DNA of 64,000 nucleotides from an uncultured virus (IMG/VR IMGVR_UViG_3300037067_013436) (Duplodnaviria > Heunggongvirae > Uroviricota > Caudoviricetes), in IMG/VR virus record IMGVR_UViG_3300037067_013436; one strand, given 5' to 3'. Below, one piece after another: positions 9,789 through 19,471 of this stretch. Position numbers and translations under genes: made by a program. How positions within the stretch are numbered: position 1 is the stretch's first letter; the number at the start of each line of letters is the position of its first letter. Below the pieces are notes generated by a model. It worked only from the letters and a program-made list of their open reading frames with translations. It made no database searches and was not told the origin of the DNA.

Positions 9789-10813
9789 TACATCACCCTC
9801 ATTCCGATATGTGCTGCTGTGAGATCGGCTATTGTCCACGGTTGGTTTGTATTGGGGTCTATTTCGCTTATGTGTCTTATCTCTACATAGCTTGCACTAG
9901 ACAACAGATAATCCGGGCCAAGATCGGTTATACCATTTGACACAATCGGTGCTTCGACAATTATTGACGCCCCAGCCGATAATATGATCTGTGAGGTTAC
10001 TTGTAGGCCGATAATGGTGCCGGTACCAATCAATGACGGATAATGGTAGAGATCGGTGTCGCCCTGCGTGCTTGTGTAAACATAATCTGTTGTATTCGCA
10101 GGATTTTCATCAATGAGATTATAGTGTGTTGTACCCGAACTCGTGGTCCATTGTACTGTCTCGGTATCTGAATCTGGAAACAGACCCAGGACTCTACAAG
10201 CACCTTGAAAATCATTGCATGTACCTGTACTATCACATATATAAAAATCATCAAAGCGCTGTGATTGATATGCTGAAACCTTAACCATATTATGCCAAGC
10301 ATTCGTACCAGACTGCGTATTGATACCTGTTAACGATATAATAGTGACACCATTTAAACGGACTTCTGCAGTACCGCTAGTTGCATGACAAAAAACCTTA
10401 AATTCGATGTAGTACCATGTACCGAGTATGAATGTGAAATCTGTGAAAGTTGCTAACGTAGTAGCTCCGCGTTTAAGCACAATTGTTGATGTTGGGGTAG
10501 TTGGAGTCAATGTTATATTTATGCCTAGTGTCGCATTATCATATAATGCAAGTGTTGATGTAGAAATTGCGTTTAATGCAGTATAAGCACAACCAACTAT
10601 GAGCGTCGAATCGGATGTCAGTACTGGTGTCTGAAATGTAGCTGTTGCTGTGCTATCGGTGTGACCGAATGCACATCCTGTTATTCTGCCCACGGCAAGT
10701 TCCATATAACTGCTGCCTGATGCAGTATATCCACGGACTCCCAATCTAGCATATAATCCGGCTGTGCCAACAGGGCCGTATCCTTCAAATCCGTCAATCC
10801 AAAGTAAAGCCAT
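9788..10813 (-). CDS. Tandem-array paralog 3
   Basis: Start corrected to ATG 10813 (MALLWIDGFEGYG), TAATG overlap. Confidence 0.75.
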   Translation of the reverse strand: MALLWIDGFEGYGPVGTAGLYARLGVRGYTASGSSYMELAVGRITGCAFGHTDSTATATFQTPVLTSDSTLIVGCAYTALNAISTSTLALYDNATLGINITLTPTTPTSTIVLKRGATTLATFTDFTFILGTWYYIEFKVFCHATSGTAEVRLNGVTIISLTGINTQSGTNAWHNMVKVSAYQSQRFDDFYICDSTGTCNDFQGACRVLGLFPDSDTETVQWTTSSGTTHYNLIDENPANTTDYVYTSTQGDTDLYHYPSLIGTGTIIGLQVTSQIILSAGASIIVEAPIVSNGITDLGPDYLLSSASYVEIRHISEIDPNTNQPWTIADLTAAHIGMRVM

Positions 10814-11826
10814 TATATCGCCTTTATCCCAATTTGTGCTGCGTTTAGACCGTCTATAGTCCATGCAGAACTTGTATATGGATCTGTAGTGCTTATATGC
10901 CGATAATCGGCATATGAAGCACTCGTCAGTGTTGTATCAGGCCCAATTTCAGTGGTTCCGTTTGATATGATTGGTGTTTGTAGGATAATCGACGTTCCAG
11001 CAGATAATCGTGCTTGCGTGTTTAACTGCAAGCCCTTGATCGTACCTGTACCAATTAGATGAGGATAATCATATAGATCCATCAACGTTTGTGTGCTCGT
11101 ATAGACATAATCGGTATCACCATTTGCCGGATTATCGTCTACGAGACTGTAGTGAGTAGATTCTGCACTCGGTGTCCACTGCACTGTATCTGTATCACCG
11201 CTTGGCAATAAACCAACGACTTTGCAAATGCCTTGGAAATCGTTGCATGTCGATCCAGAGCCGTCGCAGACGTAGAAGTCGTCAACATACGTATTTGTGG
11301 CAGCGTTGAAATTAAGTTTGTTATGATAGTCATGAGCACCAGCTTTCGTATTAATGCCGGTGATCGATATTATCGTTTTATTGTCTATTCGTACTTCAAC
11401 GGAACCGCTAGACGCATGACAGAACACCTTCATTTCGATATAATGCCATTTCGGCATAGTAGAAAACGACGAGTCCGAAGCGATCGTAGAATTGCCAAGT
11501 CTAACTGTCACTGTTGCTGGCGTACCTGGCTGAAACGTAACGTTCATGCCGTACGTTCCGTCGTCATACATTCCAAGGTTGATGTAATTACTAGAGCCAA
11601 AATAAACAGCACAACCGAATATGAAGGTAGAATCAGTTGTCAATGCTGGCGTTATTAGCACATTAGATTGACCTACGTTAAAATATAAGCAATAGCCGAT
11701 TTTGTTGCCTATGCCAATATAATAACTGCCGCCTGTGTTACCATAACCACGTGCAGCTAATAGACTAGAAGCGATACCATCGGTTCCGCCGTATCCTTCG
11801 AATCCATCTATCCAAAGTAGTGCCAT
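10813..11826 (-). CDS. Tandem-array paralog 2
   Basis: Same conserved motifs. Confidence 0.75.
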   Translation of the reverse strand: MALLWIDGFEGYGGTDGIASSLLAARGYGNTGGSYYIGIGNKIGYCLYFNVGQSNVLITPALTTDSTFIFGCAVYFGSSNYINLGMYDDGTYGMNVTFQPGTPATVTVRLGNSTIASDSSFSTMPKWHYIEMKVFCHASSGSVEVRIDNKTIISITGINTKAGAHDYHNKLNFNAATNTYVDDFYVCDGSGSTCNDFQGICKVVGLLPSGDTDTVQWTPSAESTHYSLVDDNPANGDTDYVYTSTQTLMDLYDYPHLIGTGTIKGLQLNTQARLSAGTSIILQTPIISNGTTEIGPDTTLTSASYADYRHISTTDPYTSSAWTIDGLNAAQIGIKAI

Positions 11827-12821
11827 TACATTACCCTTACACCGATCTTGGCTGCTGCTAGGGTATCAACTGTCCACGCTTCACCTGTTCCTGGATCAAC
11901 TGTACTGGTGCGTCGAATATCAACATATCCAGCACCACTTGTCTGGATATCATCACCAACGTCTGTCACGCCATTAGATAATATCGGCGATTCAATCAAG
12001 ACAGAAGATCCTGACTGAACTGATACTTGCGTGTTTATCTGTAATCCTAAGATTGTGCTGTCGCCAGTTAAACTCGGATATCCATATAAATCGGTTTGGG
12101 TTTGCGTTCCACTCGAAACGTAATCCGTCGAATTAGCTGGATTTTCATCAACCAGATTATAATGCGTTGTGCCTGTGCTTGGTGTCCATTGTATTGTTTC
12201 TGTGTCTGAATTCGGAAATATGGCGGCTATTTTGCAAACTCCCAAGAGATCATTAGCCGTGTCTCCAGACCCATCACAAATATAAAAATCATCTATTCGA
12301 GCAGTTGAGCCACCTGTTACTCTGACAATGTTGTAGTAAGCCTCGGTACCAGTTTGAGTATTGATGTCAGTTATGAGCGTAATTGTAGTGCCATTTATTC
12401 GGACTTCTATGCTGCCATTTGTTGGATGGCATATACACTTCATTTCTATATAGTACCAGGGATTAGAAAGAGTGAACGACGTATTTGTGTCGAGAGTAGT
12501 ACCACCGAGTTTGGTTGTTAAAGACGTTGACGTTATCAAAATGTTTGGACCTTGAACGCCATTGTAATAAAACTGTAGTCCTATACCTGAACCAACCTGA
12601 AAAGCGATACCAGAAATAAGTGTGCTATCTGTTGTTAGGATTGGCGTTATCAATGTGTTGCCATTTGATATATTACAATATAGGCTATAACCATAAAGTC
12701 TGCCGATAGCAATATTTGGGCTACCGCCGACAGTCGTGTAGCCGCGAGCATATATTAAAGCTGCTGCGACACCGCCGGTTCCGCCGTAGCCCTCGAATCC
12801 ATCAATCCAAAGTAAAGCCAT
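11826..12821 (-). CDS. Tandem-array paralog 1
   Basis: ATG at 12821; same conserved motifs. Confidence 0.75.
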   Translation of the reverse strand: MALLWIDGFEGYGGTGGVAAALIYARGYTTVGGSPNIAIGRLYGYSLYCNISNGNTLITPILTTDSTLISGIAFQVGSGIGLQFYYNGVQGPNILITSTSLTTKLGGTTLDTNTSFTLSNPWYYIEMKCICHPTNGSIEVRINGTTITLITDINTQTGTEAYYNIVRVTGGSTARIDDFYICDGSGDTANDLLGVCKIAAIFPNSDTETIQWTPSTGTTHYNLVDENPANSTDYVSSGTQTQTDLYGYPSLTGDSTILGLQINTQVSVQSGSSVLIESPILSNGVTDVGDDIQTSGAGYVDIRRTSTVDPGTGEAWTVDTLAAAKIGVRVM

Positions 12822-12832
12822 CACACTACCCT

Positions 12833-13369
12833 TTACGCATTTACGGTATAGACGACTCTAAGTAAGCTTCCAATGAACACTGGGATGTTGCCGGCAGTGA
12901 ACAGAGCGGTTGCCCAAAGAATGCTGTTGTCGCCTGTGTGGTCGTTTTTGAACTGTGCATTCGGAGAGCCGCCAACTACAAACAAACCTTTGACGATGCC
13001 AACAGCAGTACATGTAAATAAAGCTTTGGTCGTGTTCGTTGTAGCTTGACCAGACGCCGCATCAGTGACCCAGATCGGCCTAGTCGTCGCATCATCGGCG
13101 TTATTTGTATCTGTATAGCTGTCAAATTCGTCCCAGCCGTTAGTCAGATTGATATTCCGATAAACATCAGTAGCGGCTAATGCGGAATAGCCAACATTGT
13201 CGATCAGACTAAGATACCAAGCGGTGATCTTCGGAGTATCATTCCATCCGATGTCGAGGAATCTATTCTTACCCTCGTTTGTTGTATCGTTCTTGCACGG
13301 ATAGATGCCTATCAACTCGCCATTATACCAGTGCTCAACGGAAAATCTGCCGCGTAAATGAAGATCCAT
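12833..13369 (-). CDS. Putative virion structural protein (178 aa)
   Basis: RGRFSVEH...NEGKNRFLD...WYLSLIDNVGYSAL is clearly paralogous to the N-terminus of the 1..765 gene. Confidence 0.7.
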   Translation of the reverse strand: MDLHLRGRFSVEHWYNGELIGIYPCKNDTTNEGKNRFLDIGWNDTPKITAWYLSLIDNVGYSALAATDVYRNINLTNGWDEFDSYTDTNNADDATTRPIWVTDAASGQATTNTTKALFTCTAVGIVKGLFVVGGSPNAQFKNDHTGDNSILWATALFTAGNIPVFIGSLLRVVYTVNA

Positions 13370-13456
13370 GGCAATTTCTTCTTTTAGTAGTAGTACGAAA
13401 TGGTTTACGATAAATTTGAATTATCGTTAACCATACCTACTAAACGGCAAAGTACA

Positions 13457-14590
13457 TCAGTACTTGTTGAAATGCCGAGATAAGCAGAAATCGAGTGGAA
13501 CGTCATCTGCTTCCGTGCCAATTTTTATAACCGTCGTTCCAGCGTTATTCGGCACAGCATAAATGATCCCATTTGGAGCAAGAGCACAACCGCTCCATTT
13601 TGCACCAGTTCCTAAGCTACCAAAGGTGACAACTGTATCAGTTGTCGGATCGATCATTAAAATAGTTGTTATAGAAGCACTATTCGTAGCGGCATAAATC
13701 ATTCCATTTGGAGCTAGAGACCCGCCGAACCACTTGTATGTAGTGGTGCCGAGCGAGCCGAAGGTCGTCACCGTATCTGTAGTAGGATCGATTTTCAACA
13801 CTGCTGCATTACTGGACGGTATTCCATAAATCATTCCATTCGGAGCCAGCACAGCACCAGACCATTTATAAGTCCCCGTGACCACAGAACCAAACGTCGT
13901 TATTGTATCAGTTGTTGGGTCGATCTTTAATATAGTCGTTGCGGTATATGGAATAGCATAAATCATGCCATTTGGAGCTAGGCAACCACCATACCAATTA
14001 TCGGCACTTGCTAAATCACCGAATATCGTATATGTATCGGTCGTAGGGTCGATCTTTAGCACACCAGCATAATAACGTGGTGGCGAATAAATCATTCCAT
14101 TTGCAGCAAGAATACTGCTTACAAATTTAGAGCTGCCGCTAAAAGTTCCGAAGGTTGTGCATGTGTCCGTCGTTGGGTCGATCTTTAATATAGCATCCGA
14201 TCCATATGGTGCAGCATAAATCATGCCGTTTGGCGCTAAGCAACCACCGGCCCATTTATATGTCGTTGCTCCTAGGTCGCCGAATGTGGTAATGGCATCT
14301 GTGGTTGTATCAATCTTAAGTACTACTGCACTTGTAGACGGTATTCCATAGATGCATGAGTTAGGTGCCAATACAGCACCTTGGAATCCGGTAGCGGTAG
14401 AAATCTGAGAGGTCGTTCTTTGAGAACAAGCATAATTTAATCCGACCCGCGCACAAACGGCTTTCTGTACTTGCTGCCATGCTAGCTTATTCACCTCCCA
14501 TGCAGGGAAGTCGCCATGATTCAGCATATCTCCGCTACTTAACGAGCTTATAGAGTTAGCTTTTTCGACTAGTGGTTTTTGATATGCCAT
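13457..14590 (-). CDS. Repeat beta-propeller protein, paralog 3 (lacks the RxTRQxxEVL N-terminal repeats)
   Basis: NHGDFP..W motif, LAPNGMIY/LKIDPTTD repeats, C-terminal DDVPLDFCLSRHFNKY. Confidence 0.75.
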   Translation of the reverse strand: MAYQKPLVEKANSISSLSSGDMLNHGDFPAWEVNKLAWQQVQKAVCARVGLNYACSQRTTSQISTATGFQGAVLAPNSCIYGIPSTSAVVLKIDTTTDAITTFGDLGATTYKWAGGCLAPNGMIYAAPYGSDAILKIDPTTDTCTTFGTFSGSSKFVSSILAANGMIYSPPRYYAGVLKIDPTTDTYTIFGDLASADNWYGGCLAPNGMIYAIPYTATTILKIDPTTDTITTFGSVVTGTYKWSGAVLAPNGMIYGIPSSNAAVLKIDPTTDTVTTFGSLGTTTYKWFGGSLAPNGMIYAATNSASITTILMIDPTTDTVVTFGSLGTGAKWSGCALAPNGIIYAVPNNAGTTVIKIGTEADDVPLDFCLSRHFNKY

Positions 14591-14650
14591 AACAAAATAA
14601 TTTTGACATATAACAAGCCTGTCGTCCGCTGCTCGGAAAGTGCATCCGGA

Positions 14651-16378
14651 CTAAATTGATTGCCAGGTATCGCCGTTGAACCGCAAGAACGTCGTACCGT
14701 TATACCACTCGTCGCCCCAAATCGGGCTTCTTCCACCGAGTAGAATTATCAAACGCGGAAGAACATATTCCTCGTAGAATGCGTTTGCTGCTGTGTCAGT
14801 GTCGGGAGGTAGCTTCGTGTAATCGATACAAAGTTGGACCGTTCGACGTACAAGACCACCAGTATTACCATATCGGCTAATACCTTCAACGGGGATGATT
14901 CCCGTCTGCGAGTCGAGATCGATCGTGTTACCAAGACCTTGATCTCGCTCGCAGACGAACCGGTTTTCCTCGGAGGGAGGAATTGGTGTGGTAAGGCTGG
15001 ATGTTGACCCAACCATTGCTCTGCATTGACCGTCCGTAGGCGTCCATCTCGGCACTCGGCTAATCGAGAAGGAACTCAATCTGGTGGCGGTTTGCAGGAA
15101 TGTTGCAGACTGTTCCGGCAGAAGTGATTCGAAAGCATTGAAGAAGAGGTCAACGACGTTCGACGTCGAACCCCACAAGCTGCTCAGAACCACGTGTCCC
15201 CTACCGAAATCCTGGAAGTAAAGTTCGAAATCAGTTCCAGATTGTAGTAGAAGGTCGTTGATTGGTTCAATCGCCACGATGTCGCCAGTTACCATATTCC
15301 GCATCAAGTCCAATCGTGCAAATTCGATTGGGTCTGGCGACGGGCTTAATCTGGTGACGTTATGCGTTGCGAAGAAGAACCGCAATTGATCGTTTGTCGT
15401 TCCGACCGGTTGGATTCTACTGATCCACACCGGAAAGAATGTACCACTTGTGTCGCCGGTCGGTTCATCTCCAGCGGGTGCCACGATGTTGAACTCGCGG
15501 AATATCGCGGCTGGGATTGTTACGACGAATGTGCCGCTTGACGTCCTCGTGGCTTCGGCACCGAAAGGGAAGTTGAATGCATTTAACCACGACGACGCAT
15601 CGCTTGCGATATTCGGGATGGCATTATTGCAACTATCAACTAACATACCAGTGCCGTGACTTACCGGTATCGGAGAATAGCTGTTGATTTCGGACGGCGT
15701 AGCGCCAGTATTTGCGATCTGGTAGACTGTCGGTAGTATTGATCCAGGCGCGACAAGATTGTAGAACGCCTGGACAAGTGGGTCGTTCTGCGGTAGAGTT
15801 CGGAAGGTAATGAATCCGTCGATAGTCGCCGTTTCGCTAATATCGATGTTTATCGGCTCTTCCGTGCATACGGTCAACCGCGATCTCTGATAGGTCAACT
15901 CGCTGTCAATCGTATAGTCGGCGGTGAACAGAGCGATCTCGGTCGGATTGTCGCCTTTGACAGCCGTGAAGATCAAGCGCAGAATGCCATTATAGGTGCC
16001 GGTTGTGCCTGGATTAGTACCAGTTTCGCGTTTGATTTTCGCCAGTCTAAAGTCATGCCAATCCTTTGGCGTCGACATATGCAAGTCCCAAATCCAGCCA
16101 TTCGGCAACTGGGCATTGGTAGTCGAATTGACTACTATTGCTTGGATAAGGAATGGGAAAATTGCCTCGTGACCGATGCTGATGCTCAGCGAATCGAGGG
16201 TCTTCGCAAGGATGAGTTGTCGGAGAGTGATGTCCGCCATCGGGCGATTCATTGCTTCGTAGTATACTGGGTCTGTTGGCGTGATCCAGCGAACGTTCAG
16301 GGTCGAATCAGCGGTTAGTGCCTGGAAAAGATTTCCAGGTGCAACCGTTGGGACCAGGCTGGGATTGATTGTCGGCAT
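14651..16378 (-). CDS. Hypothetical, probable virion structural protein (575 aa)
   Basis: Long ORF with GGAGAG RBS, located in the structural block. Confidence 0.6.
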   Translation of the reverse strand: MPTINPSLVPTVAPGNLFQALTADSTLNVRWITPTDPVYYEAMNRPMADITLRQLILAKTLDSLSISIGHEAIFPFLIQAIVVNSTTNAQLPNGWIWDLHMSTPKDWHDFRLAKIKRETGTNPGTTGTYNGILRLIFTAVKGDNPTEIALFTADYTIDSELTYQRSRLTVCTEEPINIDISETATIDGFITFRTLPQNDPLVQAFYNLVAPGSILPTVYQIANTGATPSEINSYSPIPVSHGTGMLVDSCNNAIPNIASDASSWLNAFNFPFGAEATRTSSGTFVVTIPAAIFREFNIVAPAGDEPTGDTSGTFFPVWISRIQPVGTTNDQLRFFFATHNVTRLSPSPDPIEFARLDLMRNMVTGDIVAIEPINDLLLQSGTDFELYFQDFGRGHVVLSSLWGSTSNVVDLFFNAFESLLPEQSATFLQTATRLSSFSISRVPRWTPTDGQCRAMVGSTSSLTTPIPPSEENRFVCERDQGLGNTIDLDSQTGIIPVEGISRYGNTGGLVRRTVQLCIDYTKLPPDTDTAANAFYEEYVLPRLIILLGGRSPIWGDEWYNGTTFLRFNGDTWQSI

Positions 16379-16415
16379 ATGTTCTCTCCATGTTAAACAA
16401 TATTATCTTTGATTC

Positions 16416-16970
16416 CTACGAGCAAACACCAACCTGCTCAATGGGAGGTGGATTGGTATGTTGCGTCGGATGGTCGTTAACTGTCTTTTCGCGATGGTGT
16501 GGGCAATAACCATAAATAGCTTTGGCGTGATTACAGTTAGCACAAAGAACCTGGAATCCAGGTGGGAAGTTGTTTCTAATTATCCACCAAATCACACTAT
16601 AGCCTTTGCCGATATGCCTTCTGTGTTCTGCACCGTCGTTGTCAATATGGTCAATTTGTAGGAATTCTGGGGTTGTTTCGCCGCAGCAGGTGCATTTATA
16701 ACCACCATACGCCATTATCACTTGATGGCGGATTCTACGATTTGCTTTCTTGACACCCTCTCGACAAAATACACAGGTTTCTCCGTCTGATGCCGGTAGT
16801 CTACCACATTTACACAGTCCCTTTTCACGATATTTTGCTCTATAGCCACGATACCGTTTCCTGCATTCAGCACAAGCTCTACCTCCGTCGACCGGCTCGC
16901 GTCGACCACACATTGAACATAGACCCGCCGCAACCCAAGCAGCTCGACGTTTTCGCGTACTGTCTGACAT
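16416..16970 (-). CDS. HNH-type endonuclease with N-terminal Cys-rich Zn-binding motifs
   Basis: CTCCGE...LQIDHIDNDG...FQVLCANCNHAK; several CxxC pairs. Start uncertain (16970 or 16988). Confidence 0.75.
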   Translation of the reverse strand: MSDSTRKRRAAWVAAGLCSMCGRREPVDGGRACAECRKRYRGYRAKYREKGLCKCGRLPASDGETCVFCREGVKKANRRIRHQVIMAYGGYKCTCCGETTPEFLQIDHIDNDGAEHRRHIGKGYSVIWWIIRNNFPPGFQVLCANCNHAKAIYGYCPHHREKTVNDHPTQHTNPPPIEQVGVCS

Positions 16971-17029
16971 AAAGTATCTACGAAACACAGTTTTGGCGGC
17001 ATAATAGAAACGCTCCCTATGTCATGCTT

Positions 17030-17854
17030 TTAGACGCTGAACAAATAAGGGTATTGTTCGAATATCCAATCTTCAGCTACACGGTATTGATGATGCTTGT
17101 GGAAATTATTTTGTACTTGTGGTGTGTGGTTATTATATAATTCTGGTGAAAGCCTAATAATAATTTTATCTAACTCGTCGAGGTCGTTAAACGTAAATAT
17201 GCCGCCTGCGTCGAAATATCGTTCGATATTCTTCGTACCCCAATAAATCGGGATAGTCCCCACTGCAAAACAATCTATCAGTTTCTCTGTAAAGTAGTCA
17301 TCAAATTTCGAATTCTCCACTACTATAGAGAACATGAAATCAATTAATGCATCTTCTTTATATTGTGTCGCTCGGTATTGTGGTCCGAATGGAGATATAC
17401 ATGGATATCGGCTAATTATTGCGTGGCGTAGTTGATGTCCAAGTGTCTGAGTCTTATCCGATGCTATAATTGAAACTAATTGTCGCTTTAGGTGAATGCC
17501 GACAGTGTGTTGGCGTGCACGCTGATCACCTACGCCAGGTATCCAGCAACCACCGTATGGATAGAATAGGAATTTCTTATCGTCGACTAACGCTCGGTCA
17601 TATGTCAGGATATAGTTGAATTGATTTGAATTCTTTTGTATGTAGTCATAACTAGCTTGACATATGGCTGGTGGTTCTAATAACCAAGCTATCTTTCTGG
17701 CTGCTTGTGTAGAAGCAGCATTATTGAGGTAATGGTCTGTGAAGAAACAGATATTTTGCGGTGTCCGACACCAATTGAAATATTTTGGCATATTCCATCC
17801 ACTTGACGAATAGACATGTGCAAAATTTGCGTCATACAACCCAATTTGAAGCAT
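17030..17854 (-). CDS. Glycosyltransferase family 10 (alpha-1,3-fucosyltransferase-like)
   Basis: FSIVVENSKFDDYFTEKLIDCFAVGTIPIYWG is the GT10 signature; upstream EPP motif. Confidence 0.85.
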   Translation of the reverse strand: MLQIGLYDANFAHVYSSSGWNMPKYFNWCRTPQNICFFTDHYLNNAASTQAARKIAWLLEPPAICQASYDYIQKNSNQFNYILTYDRALVDDKKFLFYPYGGCWIPGVGDQRARQHTVGIHLKRQLVSIIASDKTQTLGHQLRHAIISRYPCISPFGPQYRATQYKEDALIDFMFSIVVENSKFDDYFTEKLIDCFAVGTIPIYWGTKNIERYFDAGGIFTFNDLDELDKIIIRLSPELYNNHTPQVQNNFHKHHQYRVAEDWIFEQYPYLFSV

Positions 17855-17862
17855 TATTATCC

Positions 17863-18489
17863 CTAAATGCGAAACTTCGTCTTAATTCCAACTTCAACAT
17901 GGACTCTGTTGAACATCTCGTTTGTTATATGATGGGCAGTTATTATATTATTACTAGCGGTCGGTCGCTCGTCTTCTTTGCCATAGGCAACAAATCGTTT
18001 GTCATTTATAATTGGTATCCCACTAGCACGCAGCAGTCCTCCGACCATTACGTCTTCGGCACCATGCGTGATCGTCATATGCTCAGCTACGATCTGAGCA
18101 CATCGCCTCGATAATAGATAGCCAGCTCCACCAGAACAGAATGAGCCAAAATCGATACCAACGTACTCGCCTTTTGGGCAATATTCCATTAAACGTATTG
18201 CTGCTACATAGGTGTCGTCGTCGCATTTAAATAGGTAATCCCAGTCATCTCGCTCTAATGCCCATTTACAAAACCATCTTGTTCGTTGCGGTAACGTTTC
18301 GTAGGAATCAGGACACGGTAACAATAGTGCGTGCCCATAAAGTTCTGGTGTAGATAATTTCTCAACGCCGAACAGCAACATTGATGGAATGCCAAGCAAA
18401 TCGCAATCTGCCATCCATGTTCGCAGACAATTGTTTCGGCGATCAGGAGTTTTCCATCCAGCGGATGCACCAATTAGATAGCGTACCAT
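17863..18489 (-). CDS. Glycosyltransferase family 31 (Fringe / beta-1,3-galactosyltransferase-like)
   Basis: RRxxCLRTW, YLFKCDDDTYV (DxD), FCSGGAGYLLS, EDVMVG motifs. Confidence 0.85.
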   Translation of the reverse strand: MVRYLIGASAGWKTPDRRNNCLRTWMADCDLLGIPSMLLFGVEKLSTPELYGHALLLPCPDSYETLPQRTRWFCKWALERDDWDYLFKCDDDTYVAAIRLMEYCPKGEYVGIDFGSFCSGGAGYLLSRRCAQIVAEHMTITHGAEDVMVGGLLRASGIPIINDKRFVAYGKEDERPTASNNIITAHHITNEMFNRVHVEVGIKTKFRI

Positions 18490-18550
18490 AGATTGTCAAA
18501 GATACTCAGGGAATTAAGTATAATGCCGTTCGAATTCCAAGGAGCTGATC

Positions 18551-19471
18551 GTGGATAAGCTTTACACAGTTCACAGATATTTTAATCAAGCATGCTCTGA
18601 TGCTGGAATTCGTGCTGAATTGCTCGTCAGTGAAGACGATGTGCGAGTCGCACTCGTCAGACAGCCGCTAGCCAAAATAACCGAAGGTCTTCGGAAAGCT
18701 GCAGTAGCTAGTGGAATTATCGCAGAGACGAGGATTATGCCGTCTGGCACAATGGTAATCATAACGTCGAATCCAAGTCTCAGCATATCGTCCATCGCGA
18801 ATGCTGCCGAGTACAAATTCGGTAAGTTCTACCGCGATCTCAACGAGGCTTTCGACAAGCCGTGGGAGAAGAAGGACGAGAAGGACGAGAAGGACGAGAA
18901 GGAAGATGACAAGGATAAGCCGGATGAGAAGAAGAAAGATTGGGAGCCGGACGAGGACGAACCACCTCGTGCTAAGGACCGCTTCTTCGAAGACCGCGAA
19001 GCTATGCTGACCAAGAGTATTGATGAGGCTCTTGACGGTATCGCTGTCCCTGATGGTGCTGCGCAGCCGGGGGTTGGCGTCAAAATGCTCAACAAAGCAT
19101 TGGCTGCCAAAACCAGATCTGGCATGACGTTAAAGGATGCATTGAAGAAACAAGGTATCGTGTGGCATGTTGCGGAGCCGGGCTCTCATGTTGTCGTCTT
19201 CAAGGGTAAGAATGGCGATGAGAAGTGGCGAGTGGAGCCCATGACGCTCTCTGATACGAAAGTATTTGAGAAGACGATGGAGGCTCTTTGGTCCGTGGCG
19301 TTGGGTAAAGCACCGAATGCCAAAGAGCTTGAACTCGACGCCGCCAAGCAGCGTGCTAAAGAATTAGGTGATCACCAGAAAGAAATTTCTGGACTGGTGG
19401 ATCAGATCACCGGCAAGTATGCACCGCAACCAGTAGCAGGGGATAAGAATGCCGCCGTCAATCCCAGATAA
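18551..19471 (+). CDS. Hypothetical protein with acidic/basic KDE tract
   Basis: 306-aa ORF, AAGGAG RBS before GTG; 9-bp tandem repeat AAGGACGAG x3 at 18872-18898. Confidence 0.65.
   Translation: MDKLYTVHRYFNQACSDAGIRAELLVSEDDVRVALVRQPLAKITEGLRKAAVASGIIAETRIMPSGTMVIITSNPSLSISSIANAAEYKFGKFYRDLNEAFDKPWEKKDEKDEKDEKEDDKDKPDEKKKDWEPDEDEPPRAKDRFFEDREAMLTKSIDEALDGIAVPDGAAQPGVGVKMLNKALAAKTRSGMTLKDALKKQGIVWHVAEPGSHVVVFKGKNGDEKWRVEPMTLSDTKVFEKTMEALWSVALGKAPNAKELELDAAKQRAKELGDHQKEISGLVDQITGKYAPQPVAGDKNAAVNPR

Noticed and set aside
3630..12821. CRISPR-like periodic repeats at gene junctions
   Set aside because: The period is ~1 kb and the repeats are coding sequence of paralogs; no cas genes.
782..14590. 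Diversity-generating retroelement or shufflon behind the paralog array
   Set aside because: No reverse transcriptase or recombinase in the window, no TR/VR pair with adenine-specific mismatches, and all copies are full-length in the same orientation.
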